From positions 30,444 through 94,443 of the IMG/VR virus record IMGVR_UViG_3300010352_002811: DNA of 64,000 nucleotides, one strand, 5' to 3'. Of this stretch, positions 10,363 to 20,462 are shown one piece after another; position 1 is the stretch's first letter, and the number at the start of each line of letters is the position of its first letter. A program made the translations under genes and the position numbers. This stretch comes from a virus (taxonomy: Duplodnaviria > Caudoviricetes). The notes under the pieces are model-generated. The model was given only the letters and a program-made list of their open reading frames with translations, made no database searches and had not been told where the DNA came from.

Positions 10363-11076
10363 CGTCTTAAAAATAAAATCCTGTTTATATAGCGGGATTT
10401 TTGTTTTTTTAGTTGTGTGTGAAATGACGTGCTTATGAAAATCTTCAAGCCAATCCAATGTTTTTATTCCAAATCTAATTCTCAATTCATCATACAAAAC
10501 ATAACAAAGCCACGCGGCATCAACAATATCACTTGTCGGAGAACATCCTTTAGGGTTTCTCTTGCCTTTATTCTTCCCTCTAATGTATACCGGTATCTTT
10601 GGTAAATCCGATATGTCAAAGTTCAAAAACAATGGTTCTTTAATAAGCGAGTCAAACATATCTGTCTTTTCAGCTTTACCAGACCCTGTAGCAAATTGTT
10701 TGTTTTGTAATGGACTTATTAATCTAATCTTAGTTCCATTCCGTATCAATTGAAATTTAATTAATGAACACCATTCCGATATCTCACAAAGACTTCCATT
10801 AGCTCCGAACGCATAGTCTTCAATTGCCGCATATTCACAATCTTTAATAAATTCGGAAACATACTCAATCATTAACAAACTTCTATTATAAAAATCAAGT
10901 TCGTTATCATAGGAAATTATGTCTTTGTACTTGGGAGGTTCAAAGTCTTTTTTCTTAGGAACGTCATATCCAAGAAACCCAAGCCGTTTGATTTCTACAA
11001 TTTCAAAAGACTCGTCAAGAACAAACTTCACGAATCCTGTTGACCTTGGAGATGAATCTATTCCGAGTATGTTCAT
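10357..11076 (-). CDS. RuvC-like Holliday junction resolvase
   Basis: ILGIDSS..TG, AAIEDY, K.FATGSGKAEK, SDIVDA. Confidence 0.8.
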   Translation of the reverse strand: MNILGIDSSPRSTGFVKFVLDESFEIVEIKRLGFLGYDVPKKKDFEPPKYKDIISYDNELDFYNRSLLMIEYVSEFIKDCEYAAIEDYAFGANGSLCEISEWCSLIKFQLIRNGTKIRLISPLQNKQFATGSGKAEKTDMFDSLIKEPLFLNFDISDLPKIPVYIRGKNKGKRNPKGCSPTSDIVDAAWLCYVLYDELRIRFGIKTLDWLEDFHKHVISHTTKKTKIPLYKQDFIFKTL

Positions 11077-11697
11077 TTATTTCCTATAATAAGTGTTAAA
11101 TGTTGTGTTTGTTAATCCAGCATCAACAATCTTAGCTTTACCGTCAACAATTCCCCAACTACTAATACGAACCAAATCTCCATATGGCATATCATAATTT
11201 ATCATCAAATCCGCCACTTTATTTACTATACTATCTTCGTCTTCCCAATATTTCTTAGATTCGTCAGGAACCTTTTGTAGTCTTCCATCATAATATAGTT
11301 TAACATCGGTTAGAGCTTTTCCAAATGTTTTGAAATCCAAACCTGTCAATGTTTTGAATTCTGATGGTTTTATCTTTGTTCCTTTTTTCACAATCAGCCA
11401 ATAACAATCATCATTATCATCGCGGTCTTTCAATTCAGGTACCAATTCAGGATACATTCTTTGTAAGCCGTAGTCTCCATCAGTTAGATTTTGTTCCAAT
11501 CCTTTTTCATTCTTAGCAAGTTTTAGAACATATCCATCTTCAAGATCGAATACAATTCTTGACGAACCTTCTCCAAGCTTTTTTAGAAATTTTTTAGCAT
11601 ATTGAATCTTTTTTGAGAACGATGACAAGCTGTCCAATACTTTAGTATCAAATTTTTCTTCATTCTCAAGTAAAAGAATATAGTCGGTGAACTTCAT
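11077..11697 (-). CDS. Protein-kinase-like protein with capsid-targeting-like N-terminus
   Basis: MKFTDYILLLE tag; LGEGSSRIVF glycine loop, VLK lysine, DL..SSWG, IVDAG (DFG-like). Confidence 0.55.
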   Translation of the reverse strand: MKFTDYILLLENEEKFDTKVLDSLSSFSKKIQYAKKFLKKLGEGSSRIVFDLEDGYVLKLAKNEKGLEQNLTDGDYGLQRMYPELVPELKDRDDNDDCYWLIVKKGTKIKPSEFKTLTGLDFKTFGKALTDVKLYYDGRLQKVPDESKKYWEDEDSIVNKVADLMINYDMPYGDLVRISSWGIVDGKAKIVDAGLTNTTFNTYYRK

Positions 11698-11957
11698 TAG
11701 AATCCGCCAGTATGTTCCTTAGAATAGTCAAACGCAGCTTTTAGATTAGAAACAATCAAATCACACTTCTTGATAGCATCTTCAATGTGCTTCTCTACTT
11801 CAGACTTGTTAGTAGAATTCTTTGCTCTGGTAATAGCTTCAGCAAGTTCCTTCACAATGATTTTAGAATTCTTGATGTTGTTCGAAACAATCTTGTCTTC
11901 AGAACCTTCACAAACAAGTCCAAATAGTTTTTCAGCAGTTTCTAGATTATTTTCCAT
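11697..11957 (-). CDS. Small helical late protein (possible head-internal protein)
   Basis: ATG at 11957 behind GGAG SD; MENNLETAEKLFGLVCE. Confidence 0.55.
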   Translation of the reverse strand: MENNLETAEKLFGLVCEGSEDKIVSNNIKNSKIIVKELAEAITRAKNSTNKSEVEKHIEDAIKKCDLIVSNLKAAFDYSKEHTGGF

Positions 11958-11961
11958 TTTT

Positions 11962-12135
11962 TTAGTCTCTCCATGATAAAAGGTCAAGAGCAGCATTTCG
12001 GGTTTTTGTTACATCTACCTCGGATTCCTTCTTCTTACGTGCTTCTTCCTTGGCAGACTCTTCCTTCAACTTTTCGATTGTGACTTTACGAATCTTCTCA
12101 GCCTCAATGATAAAGTCAAATTGGTCGTTATTCAT
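11962..12135 (-). CDS. 57-aa charged late protein absent from the ORF track
   Basis: Manual translation MNNDQFDFIIEAEKIRKVTIEKLKEESAKEEARKKKESEVDVTKTRNAALDLLSWRD; GAGGG SD and minus-strand TAAATA upstream. Confidence 0.6.
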   Translation of the reverse strand: MNNDQFDFIIEAEKIRKVTIEKLKEESAKEEARKKKESEVDVTKTRNAALDLLSWRD

Positions 12136-12154
12136 ATATATTCCCTCTTACCAT

Positions 12155-12176
12155 TATTTAGCAATCTCCCTAAATA
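12155..12176. promoter_or_regulatory. Back-to-back T4-type late promoters (TAAATA)
   Basis: TATTTA at 12155-12160 (minus) and TAAATA at 12171-12176 (plus) between divergent genes. Confidence 0.65.
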
Positions 12177-12198
12177 GTTTTATAACGGAGATTGAAAA

Positions 12199-13398
12199 AT
12201 GATTGACACTAAAAAGTTGCTTGGATATTTGAATCTTCTCGCAGAACTTGTTGAGAAGACCAAGGGTGATACAGAAACAAAATCAACTACCAGCCCAATT
12301 ACTAAAGAAACTACTATTGAAAACATTGGCAAAGCTTACTACACTATCAAAGTCAAGACTCGGCTTTTGAAGGAAATTGCTGACGCTGTTAAAAAGGCTG
12401 AAGAAATCAAGGACGACGCATCTGAAGAAGATTGGAAGAGTTTGCTAATTTCTGTTGATAATTTAGTTAACATAATTAAAACATCTGCTAAGGAATTGAA
12501 GGACCACAAAGAACTTTTGAAGACAAATGAAAAGATTGATGGTCTAACTCATAAAGTCATTGTAGATATGTACGGTGCTGATAGAAACGCTGAACATGTT
12601 GCTCGTGATGATGACTATTCTAAAGAAAAAGATGAGAAGAAAAAGGAAGAAGACGACTTCAAAAAGAGCCTTGAGAATGCGTACATGAAACTTATGGAAA
12701 AGCTCGCGAAAGTTGGCGAATCTATTTGGACAGTATTCCGTGACACTACTTATCGTTCTGTTGATGAAAAAAATGACAATGAAAAGAAGGTCAAGCTTCT
12801 CGATTCCATTCTAAAGAAGCTGAAGAGAGAAGTTCCATCCGAAGAGATTTCAGATGATGAAGCCAAGAAACTCCTTCAGTTGGTTGTTCGTCTCCGGGAA
12901 AATTCTATGGGAACGGATTATTCTGGCGCTGTTGACACTCTAACAAAAGCGGTAGCAAAGCACATTCAGAAGGCAGCAGTCAAGAATGAAAGCGAAACAT
13001 TTGACATTGAAATGCTTCTCGAAACCGCTGGAAAAGGAAAGAGAATCGCGGTTTCTTATGAGACTTGGAGCGAAGAAGATGTTGATGATGGCGACACAGA
13101 CGACCGTGGATGGGAAGATGAAGAAGGTGTTGATTTCACAGACGAAGACGACCCTGTAAAAGAAGCCATCTCATTCCTAAAGGAGAAAGGTGCTACCAAC
13201 GCATCTTCAAGTCATTTCGGAAAAGGAGTCTGGTATTCTTCTGAAGATGATGTTGATATGAAGACCGGAGATCGTACAATTTATTCATATCATCTCTATG
13301 GTTGGACAAAAGATGAAGAGCAGAAGATTTTCGATGCCATTGTGAATAAAAAGGCTCTAACAGAATCCTACTACGACGCTGCTAACTGGCTTCTGTAA
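12199..13398 (+). CDS. Acidic late protein, probable head-internal/polyprotein
   Basis: Late promoter plus GGAG SD; repeated L/I-x-E sites (LLAE, MLLE, LTE); distinct C-terminal domain after MLLETA. Confidence 0.45.
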   Translation: MIDTKKLLGYLNLLAELVEKTKGDTETKSTTSPITKETTIENIGKAYYTIKVKTRLLKEIADAVKKAEEIKDDASEEDWKSLLISVDNLVNIIKTSAKELKDHKELLKTNEKIDGLTHKVIVDMYGADRNAEHVARDDDYSKEKDEKKKEEDDFKKSLENAYMKLMEKLAKVGESIWTVFRDTTYRSVDEKNDNEKKVKLLDSILKKLKREVPSEEISDDEAKKLLQLVVRLRENSMGTDYSGAVDTLTKAVAKHIQKAAVKNESETFDIEMLLETAGKGKRIAVSYETWSEEDVDDGDTDDRGWEDEEGVDFTDEDDPVKEAISFLKEKGATNASSSHFGKGVWYSSEDDVDMKTGDRTIYSYHLYGWTKDEEQKIFDAIVNKKALTESYYDAANWLL

Positions 13399-13419
13399 GT
13401 TCTTTATAAATCATGATTC

Positions 13420-13445
13420 AAAGGCGGGACAAAATCTCGCCTTTT
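13420..13445 (+). terminator. Rho-independent terminator
   Basis: AAAGGCGGGA-caaaa-TCTCGCCTTTT. Confidence 0.8.
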
Positions 13446-13504
13446 CTATTTCTAAGAATTTATTCGAGGCATTCTTACAAGCTACTATACTAAAAGGAAC
13501 AGCG

Positions 13505-14452
13505 ATGGCTCTAACGAAATTTGTCCAGAAAAGCACGACCAAGACCGGACCCACACTAGTATTCGACTGTCATAATTTGATTTTCAGAGTTTTGTTTGTC
13601 GCTGTATCCCAATCAAAAAAATTCCATGAAGATATAAATGAAACAAATTATTACTATTGGAAATACCTGTTCGTTAAATCAATGATCACAACAATCAAGC
13701 AATTTAGTCCAAAAGATGTCATCATGGCACTAGATTCAACTTCATGGCGGAAAGAAATTTATCCACAATATAAAGCAAATAGAAAAGCCTCCAGAGATTC
13801 TTCCTTGGTTGATTTTGATAAGTTCTTCCCGGTGCTCGAAACATTCCTTCAAGAACTCCAGGAATTGCTGTCAAATTACTGCTGGCTAAAAGTTGATAGG
13901 TCGGAAGCAGATGATATCATGGCTATCTTATCAAAAGAAATTCCATCAAACGTCATCCTCGTTTCTACAGACCGAGACCTAAATCAACTCCTTTCACTCC
14001 CAAATGTAAAACAATACAATCCAGTAGACAAGAAATTCGTCAACCTAACAAACCCAGAACAAGCTCTTCAAATTAAATGCCTGACTGGAGATAAAGGTGA
14101 TAATATTCCAGCTATCATGCCTAAATGCGGTCCAGTAAAAGCCGCGAAATTCCTCAGCGAAGGTCTAATAACAGTCACCTCAAATTCAATACTTATGGCT
14201 AATTATACTAGAAATAAACAACTAATCGATTTCAATTTCATCCCCATCGACATCCAAAAATCTATAAAAGAATCATATCATAAATATTCCTACAAACCAA
14301 TTGAAGGAAGGAAAATTTTTAACTTTTTCGTCAAACATAAAATGTCATCCATGCTTGACGAAATGACTGACTTTGTCGATATAGTTAAAAATACTAGCTC
14401 AAAATGCGAATCTACGAACCAAGAGCATATGAACAAGGAACATATAATCTAA
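13505..14452 (+). CDS. rnh: T4 RNase H-like 5'-3' exonuclease/flap endonuclease
   Basis: WRK..YP.YKANR, EADDI, STDRDL.QL, GDKGDNIP. Confidence 0.92.
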   Translation: MALTKFVQKSTTKTGPTLVFDCHNLIFRVLFVAVSQSKKFHEDINETNYYYWKYLFVKSMITTIKQFSPKDVIMALDSTSWRKEIYPQYKANRKASRDSSLVDFDKFFPVLETFLQELQELLSNYCWLKVDRSEADDIMAILSKEIPSNVILVSTDRDLNQLLSLPNVKQYNPVDKKFVNLTNPEQALQIKCLTGDKGDNIPAIMPKCGPVKAAKFLSEGLITVTSNSILMANYTRNKQLIDFNFIPIDIQKSIKESYHKYSYKPIEGRKIFNFFVKHKMSSMLDEMTDFVDIVKNTSSKCESTNQEHMNKEHII

Positions 14453-14904
14453 CAAATCCAGCAAAATATTTCGGAAGCAAAACACCAAAATATAAATCAA
14501 GCTTCGAATTGAGATTTATGGAATGGTGCGATAAAAATAAAAACGTTATCAAATGGGCATACGAACCATATTACATTGATTATATATTCTGTAAACCACC
14601 AAACTTCCCGGATTGGGTCGAACAATTGGTGGACGGAAAACAACACAAATACTTCATCGACTTCCATGTAGAACTCATAGACAATAACGGAAATAAAAAA
14701 ATATACCTCATAGAAATCAAACCAAAATCACAAATGAGAGAACCTAAAGAACCTAAAAAGAAAACCAGAGCAGCCGTCAAAAGATTCGTGAACGCTATGA
14801 AAGAATATGCGAAAAATGTGTGTAAATGGGAAACAACGAAAATACACTGTAAACGAAAAGGATTTGAGTTTTTTATTTTGAATGAAGATAATCTGTTTTT
14901 TTGA
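14404..14904 (+). CDS. T4 gp4-like head completion nuclease (TnsA-like)
   Basis: YKSSFELRFM.WCD....V.KW.YE, HKYFIDF, LIEIKP..Q, N..KW. Confidence 0.85.
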   Translation: MRIYEPRAYEQGTYNLTNPAKYFGSKTPKYKSSFELRFMEWCDKNKNVIKWAYEPYYIDYIFCKPPNFPDWVEQLVDGKQHKYFIDFHVELIDNNGNKKIYLIEIKPKSQMREPKEPKKKTRAAVKRFVNAMKEYAKNVCKWETTKIHCKRKGFEFFILNEDNLFF

Positions 14905-14934
14905 CAGACCAATTAAAAAGGAGAAAAAGAGAAA

Positions 14935-17900
14935 ATGACGAGAGAAGATGCGATCAAAAATAGTATCGTTTATTTTGAAGGTGATGAATTGGCAGCAACA
15001 GTTTTTGTTGACAAGTATGCGCTAAGAGACGAGGATGGAAATATTCTTGAATCTACTCCTGACGATTTACACAAAAGACTTGCTACAGAATTTGCTAGGA
15101 TTGAAGGAAAATATCCAAATCCAATGACAGAAGATGAAATATTTAATTTGTTAAAGGATTTTGATAAAGTAGTTCCTCAAGGTTCTCCAATGGCAGGTAT
15201 TGGAAACTCTTCTCAATTAATGAGTATTTCAAATTGTTTTGTTGTTGGCTCTCCAGAAGATTCTTATGGCGGTATTCTAAAATCTGACCAAGAATTAGCA
15301 CAAATTTATAAGAGGCGCGGCGGTGGAGGTATTGATATTTCCACAATTCGCCCAAAGGGATTGAAGACAAATAATGCGGCAAAGACTACAGATGGGATTG
15401 GAGTATTTATGGAAAGATATTCCAATACCTGCCGTGAAGTTGCCGTTCAAGGCCGCCGAGCAGCTTTGATGATGTCAATCTCGGTACACCATCCAGAAGT
15501 TGAAACATTTATTAATATTAAACGAAACAAAACAAAGGTTACAGGGGCAAATATTTCTGTAAGATTGACAGATGCTTTTATGACGGCTGTTAAAAATGAT
15601 ACTGAATATGAACAGCGTTGGCCAATTGATTCAGATTCTCCACAAATTTCTCGTAAAGTAAATGCTCGTAGAATATGGAATCAAATTATTGAATCCGCTT
15701 GGGAATCTGCCGAACCGGGAATTCTTTTCTGGGATAATGTTTTGAATAATGGAACTGCTGATGCGTATCCTGAATTCAAGTCAATATCAACAAATCCATG
15801 TTTAGTTGGGGATACAAAAGTTTATGTTGCTGATGGTCGGGGAATTGTAACTATAAAAGAACTTTCAGATGCTGGTGAAGATGTTGATGTTTTTTGCTAT
15901 GATTCTGAAAACAACGTGGTAATTCGAAAGATGCGTCATCCAAGAGTAACAGGCCATAATGAGAAGATTTATAAAGTAACATTTGATGATGGAAATTCAG
16001 TAAGGACTACAGGAAATCACAAATTCCAATTAAAGAGCGGTGAATATAAGGAAGTTAAAGATTTACAGTTCAATGACCAGTTATCCACAATTGTTAGATT
16101 TGAAGATTCAATAGCGTATAAATTTGATACTCGTAAAACTTCAAAATATAGTCATTATTTTTGGATTGATAATGATACAAAAATAAAAACAGAACATCGT
16201 TTAATTGCGGAAAATTCTTATGGCGATATTGATGGCCTTGTAATTCATCATATAGATTTTAATTCAAAGAATAATGCTCCAGACAATCTAAAACCAATGA
16301 CACGCGAAGCTCATGACAAATATCATGGCGAAATGATGCGTGGAGATAACAATCCAATGCGTAGAGCAGCTACAGAATGGTCGGATGAAAAAAAGAAGGC
16401 ATATTCAGAAAATATGTCAAAAGTAAAGTCTGGTTTCGGAAATGGCCATGTGTATGAAATAACAAATGACGAAATAAAAGAACATGCTGTTAAATTTACA
16501 CAGCAATTAGGTAGGCGTTTCTCTTCAAAGGAATGGCAAGTGTACGCTAAAGAAAATTCTCTTCCTAAATTGTTTACAAAATTCCGCCAAACTGAAGAAT
16601 ACACAAATCCTGTGGAATTGAGTTTTGTCGCGGCCAAAATAGCTGGATTAGAAAACCAGAATTATGACACACGCCTTCTTGAAACTCAGGCGAAGGCAGA
16701 AAGTCAAGGATACGAAACAAAGATTGAAAATTCTGAAGTTTTGGTTAAGAAGATTTGTGAAGTTTGTGGTGAAGAATTTTGGGTATCATTCTGGAATCGT
16801 GAGCAGGGAATATGTTCAATTAAATGCTCAATGGTTTATCTAAATTCTAATTCTGAACGAACAGCTAAACGAGTTGCTGCTACCAAAAAAACATATTCTG
16901 AAAAACAAGAAATTACAAAAAATAAGATTCTTGACGAATATACAAGATTGAAGGCAATTCTTGGAAGAAAACCAATGCTAAAGGAATTGGAAAAATCTTG
17001 TAAGGAAAATAATATTCCTATTAGACTAAGAACAAAATACGGATTTAAGTCTTTTGATGAAATTCAAGAAAAAGCTGAATATCACAATCATAGAGTTGTG
17101 TCGGTTGTTGAAGATGGATATGAAACAGTTTATAATGGAACTGTAGATGATTTTCACAATTTCTTCGTCGGTGGATTTGCTCTGAATGATGATAGAAATA
17201 GTGTTATATTTTTGAATAACCGGCAGTGTGGGGAACTCCCATTATCAAAAACAGATTCGTGCCGCTTGCTAGCTATGAATGTGTTGGGCTTTGTAAAGAA
17301 CAAATATTTAGAAACTTCTTATTTTGATTGGGAAGAATTTGATATTGTTTGTAAAAAAGCTCATAGATTAATGGATGATATTATTGATATTGAGCTTGAA
17401 CATGTTGAGAAGATTATCAACAAAATTCAAGATGACCCTGAAAGCGATGAAGTTAAGAGAACTGAACTGATGTTGTGGAATAGTATTAAAGAAGCATGTA
17501 TGTCCGGTAGACGGTGTGGTATGGGAATAACTGCTCTTGGTGATGCTCTTGCCGCCCTTGGAATTAAATATGGAACATCCGAATCTATTGAACTGGTTGA
17601 GAAAATTTATAAGTCTCTTGAACTCGCCGCTTTCAAATCAACAATTGAATTGGCGCGGGACAGAGGAGCATTCCCACGTTATGAATACGAACTTGAAAAA
17701 AACCATAAGTTCATTTCAAAGATTATTGATAATTTGCCAGAAGAATATCAAGAAATGTATAAAATGTATGGACGCAGAAATATCGCACTAACAACTACCG
17801 CACCTACAGGAACAGTTTCTTTAGTAACTCAAACGTCTTCAGGAATCGAGCCAGTATTTAGATTGTCATATAAGCGTCGTAAGAAGTTAAATCCTAATGA

Positions 17901-18813
17901 AAATGTAGAACCTGATTTTGTTGATGATGTTGGAGATAAATTTATAAATTATACAGTTTATCACCACGAATTGAAAAATTGGATGAAAATTACAGGCGAA
18001 ACGGATGAAACAAAATCTCCTTGGTTTGGCGCTACTGCCGAAGATATCGATTGGATGGCTTCAGTTGATTTACAAGCGGCTGCTCAAAAATGGGTGTGCG
18101 CTTCAATTTCAAAGACCTGTAATTTACCAAATTCAGCAACCAAGGAACTCGTAGCAGATGTTTATATGCGAGCTTGGGAAACTGGATGTAAGGGGTTCAC
18201 AGTATACCGCGATGGATGTCGAGACGGAGTTCTTGTTACAAATGAATCAAAGAAAGAAGAAACTAAATTTGAACAAAAAGATGCTCCAAAACGACCAAAC
18301 GAACTTGAATGCGACATCCATCATATTAAGGTGAAGGGAGAAAATTGGATAGTGTTTGTTGGCTTGTATGATGGCAAACCTTATGAAACTTTCGCTGGAT
18401 TGTCTAAGTTTGTTTCGATTCCAAAGAAGGTTGCAAAGGGAACTCTTATAAAGCACAATACTAAGAAATCAAACGGGTCTTCAATATACGATGTTTCTTA
18501 TGTTGATGATGGAAATTTGGTTGAGATTAAGGATATTGTAAAAACTTTTGAAAATCCAACAGAAGGGGAATTTACAAGATTAATTTCATTGGCACTGCGG
18601 CATGGGACTCCAATACAATTCCTAACAGAGCAATTACAAAAAGATGAAAATAGTGATATGTATTCATTTAGTAAAGTTATTGCTCGTGTTTTGAAAGTGT
18701 ATATTAAAGATGGTATCAAGGTAAAGGCGGTTTGCCCAAATTGTGGGGGGACTTTGATTTATCAAGAAGGATGTCTTCGATGCCTAGACTGCTCGCACAG
18801 CAAATGCGGATAA
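14935..18813 (+). CDS. nrdJ: Class II (B12-dependent) ribonucleotide reductase, intein-containing
   Basis: SNCFV, RRAALM, GANISV, SAEPG, TNP[intein]CGE, TTAPTGT, SISKTCN, KGFTVYRDG; C-terminal Zn ribbon and terminal KCG. Confidence 0.93.
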   Translation: MTREDAIKNSIVYFEGDELAATVFVDKYALRDEDGNILESTPDDLHKRLATEFARIEGKYPNPMTEDEIFNLLKDFDKVVPQGSPMAGIGNSSQLMSISNCFVVGSPEDSYGGILKSDQELAQIYKRRGGGGIDISTIRPKGLKTNNAAKTTDGIGVFMERYSNTCREVAVQGRRAALMMSISVHHPEVETFINIKRNKTKVTGANISVRLTDAFMTAVKNDTEYEQRWPIDSDSPQISRKVNARRIWNQIIESAWESAEPGILFWDNVLNNGTADAYPEFKSISTNPCLVGDTKVYVADGRGIVTIKELSDAGEDVDVFCYDSENNVVIRKMRHPRVTGHNEKIYKVTFDDGNSVRTTGNHKFQLKSGEYKEVKDLQFNDQLSTIVRFEDSIAYKFDTRKTSKYSHYFWIDNDTKIKTEHRLIAENSYGDIDGLVIHHIDFNSKNNAPDNLKPMTREAHDKYHGEMMRGDNNPMRRAATEWSDEKKKAYSENMSKVKSGFGNGHVYEITNDEIKEHAVKFTQQLGRRFSSKEWQVYAKENSLPKLFTKFRQTEEYTNPVELSFVAAKIAGLENQNYDTRLLETQAKAESQGYETKIENSEVLVKKICEVCGEEFWVSFWNREQGICSIKCSMVYLNSNSERTAKRVAATKKTYSEKQEITKNKILDEYTRLKAILGRKPMLKELEKSCKENNIPIRLRTKYGFKSFDEIQEKAEYHNHRVVSVVEDGYETVYNGTVDDFHNFFVGGFALNDDRNSVIFLNNRQCGELPLSKTDSCRLLAMNVLGFVKNKYLETSYFDWEEFDIVCKKAHRLMDDIIDIELEHVEKIINKIQDDPESDEVKRTELMLWNSIKEACMSGRRCGMGITALGDALAALGIKYGTSESIELVEKIYKSLELAAFKSTIELARDRGAFPRYEYELEKNHKFISKIIDNLPEEYQEMYKMYGRRNIALTTTAPTGTVSLVTQTSSGIEPVFRLSYKRRKKLNPNENVEPDFVDDVGDKFINYTVYHHELKNWMKITGETDETKSPWFGATAEDIDWMASVDLQAAAQKWVCASISKTCNLPNSATKELVADVYMRAWETGCKGFTVYRDGCRDGVLVTNESKKEETKFEQKDAPKRPNELECDIHHIKVKGENWIVFVGLYDGKPYETFAGLSKFVSIPKKVAKGTLIKHNTKKSNGSSIYDVSYVDDGNLVEIKDIVKTFENPTEGEFTRLISLALRHGTPIQFLTEQLQKDENSDMYSFSKVIARVLKVYIKDGIKVKAVCPNCGGTLIYQEGCLRCLDCSHSKCG
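15799..17226 (+). mobile_element. 476-aa intein with HNH homing endonuclease at the NP/CGE active site of NrdJ
   Basis: Starts CLVGDT, block B TGNHKF, HHIDFNSKNN..NL HNH, block F VYNGTVDDFHNFF, ends NNRQ before Cys+1. Confidence 0.92.
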
Positions 18814-18832
18814 CCGGATAGATAATTCTAAT

Positions 18833-18866
18833 AAACCCAATTTCAAAAGAGTTGGGTTTTGTTTTT
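18833..18866 (+). terminator. Rho-independent terminator after nrdJ
   Basis: AAACCCAATTT-caaaa-GAGTTGGGTTT then T-rich run. Confidence 0.7.
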
Positions 18867-18873
18867 ATAAATA
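18866..18873 (+). promoter_or_regulatory. T4 late promoter TATAAATA
   Basis: Exact T4 gp55 consensus, followed by AGGAG SD and ATG 18894. Confidence 0.8.
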
Positions 18874-18893
18874 CTATCAAACAGGAGAATAAA

Positions 18894-19520
18894 ATGAAGT
18901 TTAATGAATATGTTAACGTGTCAATGGTTTGCTCTGAACTGCTTGAATCTGTTGAGGAAACTTCTCTTCCAACAATGTGCGAATCTCTCGATCTCATGGA
19001 GCAGGAATTGAACGAACTTTTTGGACTTGGAAAGGTCGCTGAAAAGCTCAAGAGTCTGGACACCAAGGCTGATGAAAAGGTTGAAGACATCAAGAAGAAG
19101 GGCAAGGAATTTGCTTCCGACGCCAAGTATGTTGCTAAGAATCTTGGACAGGAAGCTAAGGAAAAGTGGGCGGATGCTAAGGAAGTTGCTCAGTCTCACA
19201 AGGAAATCGCGGTTGCTGCGAAGGACAAGCTCGTTTCTCTATTCTCAAAGTCTCAGAGTGCTTTTAAGGACATTTGGGGAGCCATTTCCAAGGAGAATCT
19301 TTCGGACGATCAGAAGTCAGTTTTGGCGGATCTTGCCATAGCTCAGCAGAAGATGACCTCCGGAAAGTTTTTGAATGGCGATGATTCTGTCAAGGTTCTA
19401 GCCGCGATTCTTGCTGGAAAGGGCTCGGTTCCATCATCCAAGAAGTATCTCACCAAGCTTGAAGAGTTGAAGGCAATTCCTGGCATCGCGACTGTTCGGG
19501 TTTCTGCTCGCGTTAAGTAA
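18894..19520 (+). CDS. Abundant late protein, probable head-internal protein
   Basis: MKFNEY tag, multiple L-x-E sites, Lys/Ala-rich, AAG/GCT codon bias like gp32; own terminator. Confidence 0.55.
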   Translation: MKFNEYVNVSMVCSELLESVEETSLPTMCESLDLMEQELNELFGLGKVAEKLKSLDTKADEKVEDIKKKGKEFASDAKYVAKNLGQEAKEKWADAKEVAQSHKEIAVAAKDKLVSLFSKSQSAFKDIWGAISKENLSDDQKSVLADLAIAQQKMTSGKFLNGDDSVKVLAAILAGKGSVPSSKKYLTKLEELKAIPGIATVRVSARVK

Positions 19521-19542
19521 GATTGATTGAAATTGTTTGAAT

Positions 19543-19571
19543 GAAGGAGAGTCATTTGATTCTCCTTTTTT
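19543..19571 (+). terminator. Rho-independent terminator
   Basis: GAAGGAGAGTCA-tt-TGATTCTCCTTTTTT. Confidence 0.8.
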
Positions 19572-19587
19572 GTTCATAAATAATTAC

Positions 19588-20460
19588 ATGAAGTTTAAGA
19601 ATTTTTATTTGACTGAGTCTTTGGAAAAAGTATATCATGCTTTAGATGTTCATCAAATGATTTCTATTTTGAAGAACAATTCATTAGAACTATCTCCAAA
19701 TGTTTCAAAAGTTGAGACAGAGATGGGAGCTGATACATATTATTATTTGTCAACTATGAGAAACAAATCAGGTTCATATTTCCTTGGGGTTTCTAAAAAT
19801 ACAAAATATCCAATGAAGGATGTTTATTTTGAAATTGATTATGATTATTTGAAATCAAAGATGAAATCTGCTCCAGTTGATTATTGGAAAGCTGGACGAA
19901 AAGACAGTGAAGAAGAGGAACGTTTTTGGTCAGATGAAGACCACATTTCGGATGTTTCTAAATTCATCAAAAAGATTAATGTGTTGCTGATGGATTCTTT
20001 GTCAGACGAAGCCCGAAAGAAGCATATTGTAAATTTATACTGGCAAGCTAAGATGCGAAACATTCCAATTTTCTTTTATGACAATCCTCAGAATTTTGTG
20101 CTTGGTAAGAAACCATTAGATTTAAATTTTGATAATGATTATAATTTTGAACACCCTAAATCAGAATATGTTAACGATTTAGACGCTATCAATAAACTTA
20201 TGAATGATAAAAAATTGGATGGGAAAGAAGTTAAAAGATTGAAAGATGTTATGAGATATGATGTGTATCGTTCGGATTTTATTGGGGCATTAACTCGCGA
20301 AGTTCATGGTAGTAGGAAAATGTTAACATCTGTAAATCGCGAATATATTAAAGATTTTATTGATTTGATGAAGAAATATAAGAGAAAAACTGTAAAAGAA
20401 TTTGTTGACAATGATGTTCTTGATAAAATGATTGAACGAAAACTTTTACATAGGAAATAA
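19588..20460 (+). CDS. Capsid-targeting-tagged hypothetical protein (possible ART-like fold)
   Basis: True start MKFKNFYLTES, 5 nt after TAAATA; VYH..YLST.R..EEEER pattern. Confidence 0.55.
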   Translation: MKFKNFYLTESLEKVYHALDVHQMISILKNNSLELSPNVSKVETEMGADTYYYLSTMRNKSGSYFLGVSKNTKYPMKDVYFEIDYDYLKSKMKSAPVDYWKAGRKDSEEEERFWSDEDHISDVSKFIKKINVLLMDSLSDEARKKHIVNLYWQAKMRNIPIFFYDNPQNFVLGKKPLDLNFDNDYNFEHPKSEYVNDLDAINKLMNDKKLDGKEVKRLKDVMRYDVYRSDFIGALTREVHGSRKMLTSVNREYIKDFIDLMKKYKRKTVKEFVDNDVLDKMIERKLLHRK

Positions 20461-20462
20461 AG

